Part shown: positions 1 through 10,993 of the stretch, piece by piece
Numbering within the stretch: position 1 is the stretch's first letter
How the letters are laid out: each line of letters opens with the position of its first letter
Source of the DNA: an uncultured Acidobacteriota bacterium
GTDB taxonomy: Bacteria; Acidobacteriota; Thermoanaerobaculia; UBA5066; Gp7-AA6
DNA length: 64,000 bases
Reading direction: 5' to 3'
NCBI GenBank assembly: GCA_963764715.1
Contig: CAVXTP010000026.1
Location: forward strand, 22,346-86,345
Program-made: the position numbers and the translations under genes
The notes under the pieces: model-generated
What the model saw: only the letters and a program-made list of their open reading frames with translations
What the model was told of the DNA's origin: nothing
The model's database searches: none

Positions 1-2
1 TC

Positions 3-1868
3 TCGCGGGCCTCCAAGGTCTTCTCCAACGTCGACGAAGCCAACACGAACGACACCCTCCAGAAGGCCAAGGCGGCGCTCGCGCCGAAGCTCTCGGCCCA
101 CAACGACGCGATCTACCTCAACCCGAAGCTCTATGCCCGCGTCCAGGCCGTCTTCGACGGGCGCGATTCCCTCGGCCTCGCCCCGGAGGCGAAGTACCTC
201 GTCGAGCGGTACCGCCTCGCCTTCGTCCGCTCCGGCGCCGCGCTGAAGCCCGCCGACCAGGCCGCGCTGATGAAGATCAACGCCGAGATCGCGGACCTCA
301 GCACGAAGTTCCAGCAGAAGCTCTTCGCCGACACCAACGCCTCGGCCGTCGTGGTCGAGAAGAAGGCCGAGCTCGCGGGCCTCTCCGAGGGCGACCTCGC
401 CTCGGCCGCGGCGGCGGCGAAGGACAAGAAGCTCTCGAACCGTTGGGTGCTCCCGCTCCGAAACACCACGCAGCAGCCCTCGCTCGGCTCGCTCGAGGAC
501 CGGGCCCTGCGCGAGAGGATCCTCCGGGCGTCGATCGCCCGCGGCGACCACGGCGGCGCCAACGACACCAAGGACGTCGTGCTCCGCCTCGCCGGGCTGC
601 GGGCGGAGAAGGCGAAGCTCCTCGGGTTCCCCGACTACGCCAGCTACGTCCTCGACGACCAGATGGCGAAGACGCCGGCCGACGCCGAGAAGCTGATGAA
701 CGGCCTCGTTCCCGCGGCGACGGCGAAGGCGCGCGGCGAGGCCGCGGAGATCCAGAAGCAGATCGACGCCGCGAAGGGCGGCTTCGCGCTGACCGCGGCC
801 GACTGGGACTACTACGCCGAGAAGGTCCGCAAGGCCGCCTACGACTTCGACGAGTCGCAGGTGCGGCCGTACTTCGACCTCGACCGGGTGCTCCAGGACG
901 GCGTCTTCTTCGCGGCCAACGCCATGTACGGGATCACGTTCAAGCAGCGCAAGGACATCCCCGTCTACCATCCCGACGTCCGCGTGTGGGAGGTCTTCGA
1001 CGCCGACGGGAGCTCCCTCGCCCTCTACTACGGCGACTATTTCGCGCGCCCTTCCAAGCGCGGAGGCGCGTGGTGCGACAGCTTCGTCGACCAGAGCCGG
1101 CTGCTCGGCTGGAAGCCCGCGATCACGAACAACACCAACTTCACCAAGCCGGCCGCGGGCGAGCCGGCCCTCATCTCCTCGACCGACGTCGACACGCTCT
1201 TCCACGAGTTCGGGCACGCCCTCCACGGCATGTTCCAGAACGTCGAGTACCCGACCCTCGGCAACACGCCCCGGGACTTCGTCGAGTTCCCCTCCCAGTT
1301 CAACGAGCACTGGGCCTGGGAGCCGGCCGTCTTCGCCCACTACGCGAAGCACTGGAAGACGGGCGAGCCGATGCCGGCGCCGCTCGTCGAGAAGATCAAA
1401 AAGACCCGGACCTTCAACCAGGGTTACCTCACCACGGAGTACCTGGCGTCGGCCCTCCTCGACATGGCGTGGCACTCGGTGCCCGCCGGCGCGACGCCGC
1501 AGGACGTCAACGCCTTCGAGAAGGCCACGCTCGAGCGCCTGAAGGTGGCGCTCCCCGAGGTGCCGCCCCGCTACCGCACGACGTACTTCTCCCACATCTG
1601 GTCCTCGAGCTACGCGGCGGGCTACTACGCGTACCTCTGGTCGGAGGTCCTCGACGACGACGCGTATTACTGGTTCCGGGAAAACGGCGGGATGACGCGC
1701 GCCAACGGGGACCGGTTCCGCAAGCTGATCCTCTCGCGTGGCGGCAGCGAAGACGCGGCCGCGATGTACCGCGCGTTCCGGGGCCGCGATCCCGAGGTCG
1801 CGCCGCTCATCGAGGAGCGCGGGCTGGGCGGCTCGGGACGGCCGGCCGGGGTGAAGGCGAAGCCCTAG
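3..1868 (+). CDS. dcp: M3 family metallopeptidase (peptidyl-dipeptidase Dcp-like), 5' end outside window
   Basis: Frame open from base 3 (SRASKVFSNVDEANTNDTLQ...). HEFGH zinc motif, RDFVEFPSQ, YAAGYYAYLWSEVLD, KRGGAW. Confidence 0.9.
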   Translation, partial: SRASKVFSNVDEANTNDTLQKAKAALAPKLSAHNDAIYLNPKLYARVQAVFDGRDSLGLAPEAKYLVERYRLAFVRSGAALKPADQAALMKINAEIADLSTKFQQKLFADTNASAVVVEKKAELAGLSEGDLASAAAAAKDKKLSNRWVLPLRNTTQQPSLGSLEDRALRERILRASIARGDHGGANDTKDVVLRLAGLRAEKAKLLGFPDYASYVLDDQMAKTPADAEKLMNGLVPAATAKARGEAAEIQKQIDAAKGGFALTAADWDYYAEKVRKAAYDFDESQVRPYFDLDRVLQDGVFFAANAMYGITFKQRKDIPVYHPDVRVWEVFDADGSSLALYYGDYFARPSKRGGAWCDSFVDQSRLLGWKPAITNNTNFTKPAAGEPALISSTDVDTLFHEFGHALHGMFQNVEYPTLGNTPRDFVEFPSQFNEHWAWEPAVFAHYAKHWKTGEPMPAPLVEKIKKTRTFNQGYLTTEYLASALLDMAWHSVPAGATPQDVNAFEKATLERLKVALPEVPPRYRTTYFSHIWSSSYAAGYYAYLWSEVLDDDAYYWFRENGGMTRANGDRFRKLILSRGGSEDAAAMYRAFRGRDPEVAPLIEERGLGGSGRPAGVKAKP

Positions 1869-1977
1869 GGAGCCGGGCGAGCCCGGCCCGGCCGGCCGGA
1901 GCCGCAAAACACTGGCCGGGGCCGCGCGTATCAGACTCCGGTGCCGCCGGCGCCCGTGCGGCCCCGGAGGAGAGATC

Positions 1978-3123
1978 ATGTCCCGACGCTCCCGCCTCGG
2001 CTCCCTGCTCGTCGCTTCGGCCCTCGCCGCCCCGGCCGCCCTCTTCGGCGCCCAGGGCCTGACCTTTCCGCCCAACGGCGACAACCCCCAGGCCTCGGTC
2101 ATGCAGACGATCGGTCCCGTTCGCGTCACGATCGACTACTCGAGCCCGAGGGTCGTGCGCGGGAAGAACGACCGGCGCGGAAAGATCTGGGGCGATCTCG
2201 TTCCCTGGGGAATGTCGGACCTCGGCTTCAACGGCTGCACGAGCTGTCCCTGGCGCGGCGGCGCCAACGAGAACACCAACTTCACGACGACCCACGAAGT
2301 CCGCGTTCAGGGCCAGAAGCTCCCGGCCGGGACCTACGGCCTGCATTTCATCCCGGGCCAGGACGAGTGGACCGTGATCTTCTCGAAGGACGCGGCTTCC
2401 TGGGGAAGTTACTGGTACGACCCCAGGAACGACGCGCTGCGCGTCACGACCAAGGCCGGCAAGAGCGAGTATCACGAGTGGCTGACCTACGAGTTCCCGA
2501 CCCGCGAGCCGTCGAAGGCGACGCTGGCTCTGCGCTGGGAGGACCTCCAGGTGCCGCTGACGATCGAGGTCGAGGACGTCAACGCCCTCTGGGCCGACCA
2601 GATGCGGACGGACCTGCGCGGCTGGGCCGGCTTCGCCTGGCAGAGCTGGCAGCAGGCCGCGGAGTTCTGCGCCGACAACAAGGTCAATCTGCCCGAGGCG
2701 CTCGTCTGGGCGCAGCGCGCGGTCTCGGACCCGTATTCCGGCGGAGAGGAGAATTTCGTCACGCTGATGACCCTCTCGAAGCTGCAGGCCGCCAACGGCC
2801 GGGCGGACGACGCGGCGAAGACCTTCGACAGGGCGGTCAGCCATCGCACCGCCGGCCCGGTGCAGATCCACCAGGCCGCCCGCGCCCTCCAGCGCGAGGG
2901 AAAGAAGGACCAGGCAGTCAAGCTCTACCAGTTGAACGCGAAGCGGTATCCGAACGAGTGGCCCGTCCGCTCCGGGTTGATGCGCGCCTACGCGGCGACG
3001 GGCGACACGAAGAAGGCGCTCGCCGAGGCGAAGCTCGCGCTGGCCCAGGCCCCGGACGACGCCAACAAGAAGAACCTCCAGGGCCTCATCCAGAAGCTCG
3101 AGAAGGGCGAGAGCATCGATTAG
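1978..3123 (+). CDS. Secreted DUF2911-domain protein with C-terminal TPR-like helices
   Basis: Signal peptide; YSSPRV..GKIWGDLVPWG, WRGGANENT, LPAGTYGL; GGAGGAG RBS. Confidence 0.8.
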   Translation: MSRRSRLGSLLVASALAAPAALFGAQGLTFPPNGDNPQASVMQTIGPVRVTIDYSSPRVVRGKNDRRGKIWGDLVPWGMSDLGFNGCTSCPWRGGANENTNFTTTHEVRVQGQKLPAGTYGLHFIPGQDEWTVIFSKDAASWGSYWYDPRNDALRVTTKAGKSEYHEWLTYEFPTREPSKATLALRWEDLQVPLTIEVEDVNALWADQMRTDLRGWAGFAWQSWQQAAEFCADNKVNLPEALVWAQRAVSDPYSGGEENFVTLMTLSKLQAANGRADDAAKTFDRAVSHRTAGPVQIHQAARALQREGKKDQAVKLYQLNAKRYPNEWPVRSGLMRAYAATGDTKKALAEAKLALAQAPDDANKKNLQGLIQKLEKGESID

Positions 3124-3193
3124 GCCGGGGCGTGACCGATCCCGGTTCCCGACGGAGGCCGCGTGAAGTAGTCTCGGGGAGACAGGAGGATCG

Positions 3194-3619
3194 ATGAAAC
3201 GTCAAGCGACGGCCCAGTGGCGGGGAGATCTGAAGACGGGCAAGGGCACGCTCTCGACGGAGAGCGGCGTTCTTTCGGAGAGCCGCTACTCCTTCACGAC
3301 CCGCTTCGAGAACGAAAAAGGCACCAACCCGGAGGAGCTCGTCGCGGCGGCGCACGCCGGCTGCTTCACCATGGCCCTCTCGGCCGAGCTCGGCAAGGCC
3401 AACCTGACGGCGGAGAGCCTGCGGACGACGGCGACCGTGACGCTCGAGAAGGGCGACTCGGGGTTCTCCGTCACCGCGTCGCACCTCGAGCTGACCGCGA
3501 AGGTCCCGGGCGCTTCGCAGGAAGCCTTCATGGCCGCGGCCCGGAGCGCCGAGGCCAACTGCCCGATCTCCAAGCTCCTGAAGGCGAAGATCACGCTCGA
3601 CGCGAAGCTGGAGCCGTAG
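3194..3619 (+). CDS. osmC: OsmC family peroxiredoxin
   Basis: [21 protein letters not shown] and NCPISK cysteine motifs; AGGAGG RBS. Confidence 0.92.
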   Translation: MKRQATAQWRGDLKTGKGTLSTESGVLSESRYSFTTRFENEKGTNPEELVAAAHAGCFTMALSAELGKANLTAESLRTTATVTLEKGDSGFSVTASHLELTAKVPGASQEAFMAAARSAEANCPISKLLKAKITLDAKLEP

Positions 3620-3803
3620 GGAGCCTGACCGCGGCCCATGGTCGCCGCCTGGCAGGCGGTCGCCTGGCCTATCCCAAGGGCATCGGGCCCGCGCTCCACT
3701 CACGACGCGGCGGGATCGTCGCTTCGGCTCGCGGCATCCAAGTTTTCGACGTCTCGGGCCGCCCGATAACATTTGGAGGATCGGTACGTAACGAGGAAAC
3801 GAA

Positions 3804-4670
3804 GTGAAGGCCCGCCTCCTGCTCGGTCTGGCCGCGTTCGCGCTGGCGGCGGCGCTCCGCGCCGGCGTCGAGCCGTGGGTCCCGGCGGGGGTCTCGAGCC
3901 CGCAGTTCGAGTCCCACGCGGCGTTCGACCCGCTCACGGGCGACTTCTACTTCGTGCGCAGCTCCCCCAGCTTCGAGGGCTGGCGGATCTTCGTCAGCCG
4001 CTGCGGGCCAAAGGGCTGGTCGGCGCCGGCGCCGCCGGCGTTCGCGGGCGACGGCCTCGAGGCCGACCCGTACTTCACGGCGGACGGCCGCACCCTGTAC
4101 TTCATCTCCTCCCGCTCGACCGACGGCGTCAAGCGAAAGGACCTCGACATCTGGCGGGTCGACCGGGACTCCGCCGGCGTCTGGGGCGTGCCGGTCCGGC
4201 TGCCCGAGCCGGTCAACTCCACCGGGGCCGAGTGGTTCCCGCGGCCGGCACCGGACGGCTGGCTCTACTTCGGCTCGAAGCGCCCGGGCGGCCTCGGCGG
4301 CAACGACATCTGGCGGGCACGTCAGGAAAGCGGCGGCCGCTGGGTCGTCGAGAACCTGGGCCCCGGGATCAACACCTCCGCCGACGAGTTCGAGCCGCTC
4401 CCATCTCCGGACGGCTCGCGGTTGATCATCATGGCCGACGGCGGCCTCTACGAGTCGAAGCGGACGAAGGACGGCGGCTGGGCGCCCAGGGTCAAGCTGC
4501 CGCCGGAGGTCAACGTGAACGGCACGGAGATCGGCGCCGTCTTCTCCCCGAGCGGCCGGACGCTCCTCTTCGCGCGCGACACCCGCGGCCCCGCCTCGGG
4601 CGAGTTCTTCGTCCTCCGCGAGGGCCCCGCCGAGCCCTGGCCCCCGACCTGCCCGTCCCCGAAAAAATAA
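3804..4670 (+). CDS. Secreted WD40-like (PD40/TolB-like) beta-propeller protein
   Basis: Signal peptide; repeated P.F..DG..LYF.S.R units (ADPYFTADGRTLYFISSR, PDGWLYFGSKR, FSPSGRTLLFAR). Confidence 0.75.
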   Translation: MKARLLLGLAAFALAAALRAGVEPWVPAGVSSPQFESHAAFDPLTGDFYFVRSSPSFEGWRIFVSRCGPKGWSAPAPPAFAGDGLEADPYFTADGRTLYFISSRSTDGVKRKDLDIWRVDRDSAGVWGVPVRLPEPVNSTGAEWFPRPAPDGWLYFGSKRPGGLGGNDIWRARQESGGRWVVENLGPGINTSADEFEPLPSPDGSRLIIMADGGLYESKRTKDGGWAPRVKLPPEVNVNGTEIGAVFSPSGRTLLFARDTRGPASGEFFVLREGPAEPWPPTCPSPKK

Positions 4671-4792
4671 ATCGGCTCCGCCGGCGGAAAAAAGGCGGTC
4701 TCGCGACAATAAGTAAGTAGGTGCGGGAAGGCCCCCTCACCTGCCCCCGCTTCCTCCGCGACCCGGAGGGGGCGGGGTTCCCCTCCCCGCGC

Positions 4793-6655
4793 CTACCAGC
4801 CGATCCCGTAGTCCTCGCCGTAGTCGCTCGATCCTCCCCACATCGTGCCGTGCTCGCGGTCGAAGAAGATGGCGTTGATCGGCCCGGAGGTCTTCGCCTC
4901 GGTCCGGATCGCGTAGCCCATGCTCTTGAGCTCGGCCCGCACCCAGGCCGGGACCGCCTCGTTGATCGTCAGCCGGCCGGGCCGCGACTCGTGCGCTCCG
5001 AACGAGCTCCGCATCTGGAAGCTTTCGATGTTCGGCGCCTCGACCGCCTCCTGGACGTTCATTCCGAACTCGACGACGTTCAGAAAGAACTGCAGCAGGT
5101 TCTGGTCCTGCGAGTCGCCTCCCTGCACGGCGAACGCGAGGTAGGGCTTTCCGTCCTTCAGGGCCATCCCCGGAGTCAGCGTCACGCGCGGCCGCTTGCC
5201 GGGCTCGAGCACGTTGTACGGGTTCTCGGCCGGATCGAGGACGAAGCTCTGCATGCGCTGGCTCATCCCGATCCCCGTCCGTCCCGCGATGCAGACCGGG
5301 TTCCAGCCGCCCGACGGTGTCACCGACACGACCCAGCCCTCCTCGTCGGCCGCCTCGATCGAGGTCGTGCCGGCGTGGAACCCCTCCTCGAACGCACGGG
5401 CCCGGGCCGAGCGATCGGCCGCGGCGCCGGGCTTGCCGGTCGAATCGTTCCGCCATTTCGCGAGGTCCTCGAGGTACGGATTCTTCTCGCCCTGGAACGG
5501 GTACGGGTCGCCCGGCTTCGCGGCGGCGTCGTTGCGGGTCCAGTCGATCCCGCGCGCGCGCTCCGCCGCGTACGGCTTCGACAGGAGGCCGCGCCGCGGC
5601 TCGGCGGGCGGGAAGTCCGGGTCGCCGTAGTAGAAGTCGCGGTCGGCAAAGGCGAGGTTCATGACCTGGTAGAGCGCGTGGATGTAGCGCGCGCTGTTGT
5701 ACCCCATCGCGCGCAGGTCCATCGGCTCGAGGAGGTTCAGCGCCTGGAGCATCGCGGGCCCCTGCGTCCAGGCGTCGAGCTTGTAGACGTCGATTCCTCG
5801 GTAGTTGGTCCGGACCGGCTCCTCGAACCGCGGCTTCCACCGCGCGAGGTCCTCGAGAGTGATGAGCCCGCCCTGCTCCCGCGCGCCGCGCACGAACTCC
5901 GCGGCGATGTCGCCGCGGTAGAAGCGGTCGTAGGCCGCGAGGATGGCGTCGCGGCGGCTGCGGCCCGCGGCGAGGGCGGCCGATTCCGTCTCGACGAGCT
6001 TCGAAAGGGTCGCGTGAAGGTCCGGCTGGCGGAACATCTCTCCCGCCCGCGGGGCCTCGCGCGCCTCGCCGGGGTGCGTCAGGAAGAGCTTCTTCGAGTA
6101 TGGCCACTCGGCGATCCGCGCCTTCTCGCGCTCGATTCCGTCGGCGAGCTGGCCTTCGATCGGGTAGCCCTCCGCCATCTGGAGCGCCGGGGCGAGGACC
6201 TGCGCGAGGGAGAGCTTTCCGTACTCCGCGAGCATGAGCATGAGGCCGCCGGGCGTTCCGGGCGTGACCGCGGCGAGCGGTCCGTACTCGGGCGGATAGG
6301 CCATGCCGCGGCCCCGGAAAAACGCCGGCGTCGCTCCGGTCGGGGCGACGCCGAGGGCGTTGACCGCGACGACCTTGCCGCTCCGGGGGTCGAAGATCAG
6401 CGCCTGGGTCTCGCCGCCCCAGGCGAGCGTGTCGAACATGGTCGTCGTGGCGGCGAGCATCGCGCAGGCGGCGTCGACCGCGTTGCCGCCCTTCTGGAAG
6501 GTCATCGCGCCGGCCGTCGCCGCGAGGGGCTTGCCGGTGATGGCGAGCCAGTGCTTCCCGTGGAGCACCGGCTTGTTCGTGGCGGTCCGTCCCGCTCCCG
6601 CGAGGACGACGAAGCCCGCCAGGCCCGCTGCCAGAACGCGACGCCGCAGGGACAT
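4793..6655 (-). CDS. ggt: Gamma-glutamyltransferase family protein, exported
   Basis: GGNAVDAA, TPGTPGG, GTTSIEAAD (Ntn nucleophile Thr), PGKRPRVTLTP, GGDSQDQ. Confidence 0.88.
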   Translation of the reverse strand: MSLRRRVLAAGLAGFVVLAGAGRTATNKPVLHGKHWLAITGKPLAATAGAMTFQKGGNAVDAACAMLAATTTMFDTLAWGGETQALIFDPRSGKVVAVNALGVAPTGATPAFFRGRGMAYPPEYGPLAAVTPGTPGGLMLMLAEYGKLSLAQVLAPALQMAEGYPIEGQLADGIEREKARIAEWPYSKKLFLTHPGEAREAPRAGEMFRQPDLHATLSKLVETESAALAAGRSRRDAILAAYDRFYRGDIAAEFVRGAREQGGLITLEDLARWKPRFEEPVRTNYRGIDVYKLDAWTQGPAMLQALNLLEPMDLRAMGYNSARYIHALYQVMNLAFADRDFYYGDPDFPPAEPRRGLLSKPYAAERARGIDWTRNDAAAKPGDPYPFQGEKNPYLEDLAKWRNDSTGKPGAAADRSARARAFEEGFHAGTTSIEAADEEGWVVSVTPSGGWNPVCIAGRTGIGMSQRMQSFVLDPAENPYNVLEPGKRPRVTLTPGMALKDGKPYLAFAVQGGDSQDQNLLQFFLNVVEFGMNVQEAVEAPNIESFQMRSSFGAHESRPGRLTINEAVPAWVRAELKSMGYAIRTEAKTSGPINAIFFDREHGTMWGGSSDYGEDYGIGW

Positions 6656-6715
6656 CGGATCCTCCCGCTTTCCTGGGAGGATATCCGTGTCGCGGCCGGC
6701 GCTTTGGGGCGCTTT

Positions 6716-6772
6716 GGGGCCAGCCCTGAAAAACTGAATTTTCGAATACTTCAGAACTTCAGGGCTGACCCC
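6716..6772. repeat. Intergenic nested palindrome, GGGGTCAG-type REP-like element
   Basis: GGGGCCAGCCCTGAA (6716-6730) and TTCAGGGCTGACCCC (6758-6772) around an AT-rich core; tandem GCTTTGGGGC x2 at 6701-6720. Confidence 0.6.
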
Positions 6773-6778
6773 AGGCTG

Positions 6779-9700
6779 TCAGACGGCGGCTTCCTCGAGC
6801 TCCGGGACCTTCGCCGGGCGGGAAGGCTCGGCCTTTTCTCCGACCGCGCGGTGCGTCTTGGCCACGAGGACGTAGATCGACGGCACGACGAAGAGCGTGA
6901 AGGCGGTGCCGATGATCATGCCGGTGACGAGCATGATGCCGATGCTGTTTCGGGCGCCCGCGCCCGGGCCCGTCGCGAAAACGAGCGGCATGTGGCCCAT
7001 GACCGTCGCGGCCGTCGTCATGAGGACCGGCCGCAGCCGCGTCTGGGCCGCCTCGACGACCGCCTGGAGCTTGCCGATCCCGGTCTCCTGGAGCTTGTTG
7101 GCGAACTCGACGATCAGGATTCCGTTCTTGGCGATGAGGCCGACGAGGGTGATCAGGCCGACCTGGCTGTAGATGTTGAGCGTCGTCAGCCCGAGGAACG
7201 AGAAGAGCAGCGCGCCCGACAGGGCCAGCGGCACCGAGCCCGCGAGGATGATGAACGGGTCGCGGAAGCTCTCGAACTGCGCGGCGAGCACGAGGTAGAT
7301 CAGGATCGCCGACAGCAGGAACGTGAAGAGGAACTTGCTTCCTTCCGTCCGCAGCTGGCGCGACTCGCCGGCGTAGTCGACCGTGAAGCCCTTCGGCAGG
7401 ATCTTCGCCGCCTCCGTCTCGAGGACCTTGAGGGCGCCGTCGAGCGGAACGCCCGGCGGGATGACGCCCTGGATCCGGACGGCGTTCAACTGCTGGAAGC
7501 GCTTCAGGTCGCGCGGCTGCGTCGACGTCTTGACCGTGGCGAACGTCGAGAGCGGCACCAGCTTGCCGCCGGCGCCGGTCACGTAGATGTCGGACAGCTG
7601 ATCCGAGTTGAGCCGCTCGGCGCGCTTGATCTGCGGGATGACCTTGTAGCTGCGGCCCTGGATCGAGAACCGGTTGACGTAGTTGCCGCCGAGCATCGTC
7701 GAGAGGTCGCGGCCGACCTGCCCGAGGTCGACGCCCTGCGCGCGCAGCTTGTCGCGGTCGAAGACCACTTCGGCCTGCGGCTGGTCGAACTTGAGGTCCG
7801 AATCCGCGAACATGAAGATGCCGCTCTGGAAGGCCTTGCCGACGAGCTGATTGGCGAATTCCGTCAGCCGCTCGGGCTCCGCCGTCGAAGCGATGACGAA
7901 GTCGACCGGAAAGCTGCCGCCGCCCGGCAGCGCGGGCGGCACCAGCGAGATCACGCGGATGCCGGGGATCTTGGACAGGCCCATGCTCGCCTCGACCTGG
8001 AGCTGCTGCGTGCTCTTCTTGCGCTCGCTCCAGGGCTTGGTGACCATGCCGCCGAAGCCGCCCGTCGGCGAGACGATCTGGAAGACGGCCTTCTTCTCGG
8101 GGAAGGAGTTGTAGACCCCGTAGACCTTCTCCGCGAACAGGTTCGTCTGGTCGAGGGTGGCGTTGGGGGCCGCCTGGATCACGCCGAAGACGACCGCCTG
8201 GTCTTCCGTCGGCGCGAGCTCCTTGGCCGAGAACATGTAGAACGGGAAGATGAGCAGGACGACGGCGACCCAGATCACGAACACGACCGGCCGGTACTTG
8301 AGACTGCCGATGAGCATCCGTCCGTACCTCGACCGGACCTTCTCGAACTGCCGGTTGATCCAGCCCGCGAAGCCCCGCTCGGAGTCGCCGCTGCGGAGCA
8401 TCTTCGAGGACATCATCGGCGAGAGCGTCAGCGCCACGACGCCCGACACGACGACGGCGCCGGCCAGCGTGAACGCGAACTCGCGGAAGAGGGCGCCCGT
8501 GAGGCCGCCCTGGATGCCGATCGGCGCGTACACGGCCGCGAGCGTGATCGTCATGGCGATGATCGGTCCGACGAGCTCCCGCGCCGCCTTGAGCGCCGCC
8601 TCGAACGGCTTCTCGCCGAGCTGGAGGTGCCGCTCGACGTTCTCCACCATGACGATGGCGTCGTCGACGACGAGGCCGACCGAGAGCACGATCGCGAGAA
8701 GCGTCAGGAGGTTGATCGTGAACCCGAAGGTCAGCATCAGGAACACGGCGCCGACGAGCGAGATGGGGATGGCCACGATCGGGATCAGCACGGCGCGGAA
8801 CGAGCCCAGGAAGAGGAAGATGACGACGATGACGATGAGCAGCGTCTCCGTCAGGGTCGAAAGCACCTCGTCGATGGCGTCCTGGATGTACTCGGTCGAG
8901 TCGTACGGGATGCCGACCTTCATGCCGACCGGCAGCTGCGCCTGGATGTCCGGGAGCTCGGCGCGCACGCGCTTGATGACGTCGAGCGAGTTGGCCGTCG
9001 GAAGGACCCAGATGCCCATGAACGTCGCCGTCTGGCCGTTGAACTTGACGTCCGAGTCGTAGTTCTCGGCCCCGAGCACGACGTCGGCGATCTCGCCGAG
9101 GCGGACGACGACGCCGTCCTTCTCCTTGACGACGAGCTGCCGGAACTCCGCCGCCGTCTTCAGGTCGGTGTTCGCCACGAGGTTGACCGACGTCATCGAC
9201 CCCTTGGTCTGGCCGATCGCGGAGAGATAGTTGTTCTCGGAGAGCGCGGTGCGCACGTCGGCCGGGGCGATGCCGAGGGCGGCCATCTTCTCGGGCTTCA
9301 GCCACACGCGCATCGCGAAGGTGCGGCTGCCGAGAATGTCGGCGCGCTGCACGCCCGACACGGCCGTGAGCTTGGGCTGGACGACGCGGACCAGGTAGTC
9401 GGTGATCTGGTTCTGGTCGAGCGCGTCCGACGAGAAGCCGATGTACATGGCGGCGAACTCGGTGTCCGCCGTCGCCAGCTCGATGATCGGCGCCTCCGCC
9501 TCGGGCGGCAGGTCGTTGCGCACCTGCGCCACCTTGGCCTGCACCTGCGTCAGGGCCGCGTTGGTGTCGTAGTTGAGCTTGAGGTGGACCGTGATCGTCG
9601 AGACGCCCTGCGCGCTCGACGACTCGATGTAGTCGATGCCGTCGGCGCTGGCGATCACGCGCTCGAGCGGCGTCGTGATGAATCCGCGGACGAGGTCCGC

Positions 9701-9865
9701 GTTGGCCCCGACGTACGCCGTCGTGACCTTGACGACCGAGATGTCGCTGCGCGGGTACTGGCGGACCGACAGCGTGCGGATCGCCTGCAACCCGGCGATG
9801 AGAATGACCAGGTTGACGACGATCGCGAGGACCGGCCGCCGTACGAAGAGGTCCGTGAGCTTCAT
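6779..9865 (-). CDS. RND efflux transporter permease (AcrB/MexW-like)
   Basis: 1028 aa; MKLTDLFVRRPVLA, GLVVDDAIVMVENVER, KNGILIVEFA, RLRPVLMTT. Confidence 0.95.
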   Translation of the reverse strand: MKLTDLFVRRPVLAIVVNLVILIAGLQAIRTLSVRQYPRSDISVVKVTTAYVGANADLVRGFITTPLERVIASADGIDYIESSSAQGVSTITVHLKLNYDTNAALTQVQAKVAQVRNDLPPEAEAPIIELATADTEFAAMYIGFSSDALDQNQITDYLVRVVQPKLTAVSGVQRADILGSRTFAMRVWLKPEKMAALGIAPADVRTALSENNYLSAIGQTKGSMTSVNLVANTDLKTAAEFRQLVVKEKDGVVVRLGEIADVVLGAENYDSDVKFNGQTATFMGIWVLPTANSLDVIKRVRAELPDIQAQLPVGMKVGIPYDSTEYIQDAIDEVLSTLTETLLIVIVVIFLFLGSFRAVLIPIVAIPISLVGAVFLMLTFGFTINLLTLLAIVLSVGLVVDDAIVMVENVERHLQLGEKPFEAALKAARELVGPIIAMTITLAAVYAPIGIQGGLTGALFREFAFTLAGAVVVSGVVALTLSPMMSSKMLRSGDSERGFAGWINRQFEKVRSRYGRMLIGSLKYRPVVFVIWVAVVLLIFPFYMFSAKELAPTEDQAVVFGVIQAAPNATLDQTNLFAEKVYGVYNSFPEKKAVFQIVSPTGGFGGMVTKPWSERKKSTQQLQVEASMGLSKIPGIRVISLVPPALPGGGSFPVDFVIASTAEPERLTEFANQLVGKAFQSGIFMFADSDLKFDQPQAEVVFDRDKLRAQGVDLGQVGRDLSTMLGGNYVNRFSIQGRSYKVIPQIKRAERLNSDQLSDIYVTGAGGKLVPLSTFATVKTSTQPRDLKRFQQLNAVRIQGVIPPGVPLDGALKVLETEAAKILPKGFTVDYAGESRQLRTEGSKFLFTFLLSAILIYLVLAAQFESFRDPFIILAGSVPLALSGALLFSFLGLTTLNIYSQVGLITLVGLIAKNGILIVEFANKLQETGIGKLQAVVEAAQTRLRPVLMTTAATVMGHMPLVFATGPGAGARNSIGIMLVTGMIIGTAFTLFVVPSIYVLVAKTHRAVGEKAEPSRPAKVPELEEAAV

Positions 9866-10993
9866 TTAGCTGTCCTCGGGCTTGGGCGCCGTGCTGTTCG
9901 ACGGGACGGTCTCGTTGTTGACCTGGACCGCCGCCCCCTGGCGGAGCTTGAAGACGCCCGAGGTCACGACCTCTTCGCCGGGCTTGATCCCCGAGATGAC
10001 CGCGATCTGGTCCCCGCGGCCCGGTCCGAGCTTCACGAACTGCTGGCGAACGCCCTTGTAGGTCTGGCCCTTCGGATCCTTGAGCTCCGCCACGATGTAC
10101 ACGGAGTCGCCGTACGGCGCGTAGTTGATCGCCGACGCCGGAAGCGGGATCACCGTGGATCGCCGTCCCGAGGCACCACGCTCGTGCTGACGAACATCCC
10201 GGGCTTCAGCCGGCCGTCCGGGTTGGCGAAGCGTCGCCTGGATCTGGACGTTGCGCGTGGCGGGGTCGATCAGCGAATTGGTCGCGGTGATCTTGCCGGT
10301 CGCCTCGACCGCCGGAGCCCTCGGCCAGGACCTTCACGACGGAGCCGTTCTTCATGCCGGCCGCGTCCTGCTGCGGCACCGAGAAGTTGACGTAGATCGG
10401 ATCCAGAGACTGGAGCGGGACGATCGGGCTGCCGCTCTGGAGGTACTGGCCGAGGTTCACCTGCCGGATGCCGAGCACTCCCGTGAAGGGAGCGCGGATG
10501 GTCTTGCGGGCGATCGTCGCCCGGATCTCTCCGATCCGCGCCTGCGCCGACGATTGCGCCGCATCCGCGCTGTCCCACTCGGCCTGCGCGGCGATGCCCT
10601 TCTGCCGGAGGCCCGTCAATCGATCGAGGTTGACCTGGTGAGCTTGGCCTGCGCCTCGGCGGCGGCCAGCTGCGCCTGCTCCTGCCGGGTGTCGAGCTGG
10701 ACGAGCAGGTCGCCCGCCCGGACGGTCTTGCCGGACTCGAAGGAAATCTTCTCGACGACCCCGGGCAGGTCGGCGCTGACGACCACGCCGTGCACGGCTT
10801 CGACCGATCCGATCGCCGCTTGCATTGCCGGCCACTCCGTGGGCTTCGCCACGACGGTCGTCACCGCTTCGGGCGGCATCTTGAAGGCCGCCTGCTGCGC
10901 CATGCCCTTCTTGATCTGCCCGTACTTCACCATTCCGATCGTGAAGACGAAGATGGCGATGGCAACGAGCACCAGGAACATCCGCTTCTTCAT
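9866..10993 (-). pseudogene. RND periplasmic adaptor (MFP), frameshifted (pseudogene or sequencing errors)
   Basis: MFP segments in different frames: MKKRMFLV..VSADLPGVVEKISFESG, IRAPFTGVLGIRQVNLGQY, IDPATRNVQIQAT, LKPGMF, GIKPGEEVVTSG. About 4 shifts near 10638, 10310, 10235, 10170. Confidence 0.8.

Noticed and set aside
4721-10390. 1889-aa plus-strand ORF
   Set aside because: Antisense shadow of ggt and the RND permease. Stop-free opposite frames are expected at this GC content, and it has no recognisable motifs.
10150-10640. Programmed frameshifting in the RND adaptor
   Set aside because: Several shifts would be needed and no slippery heptamers are evident.
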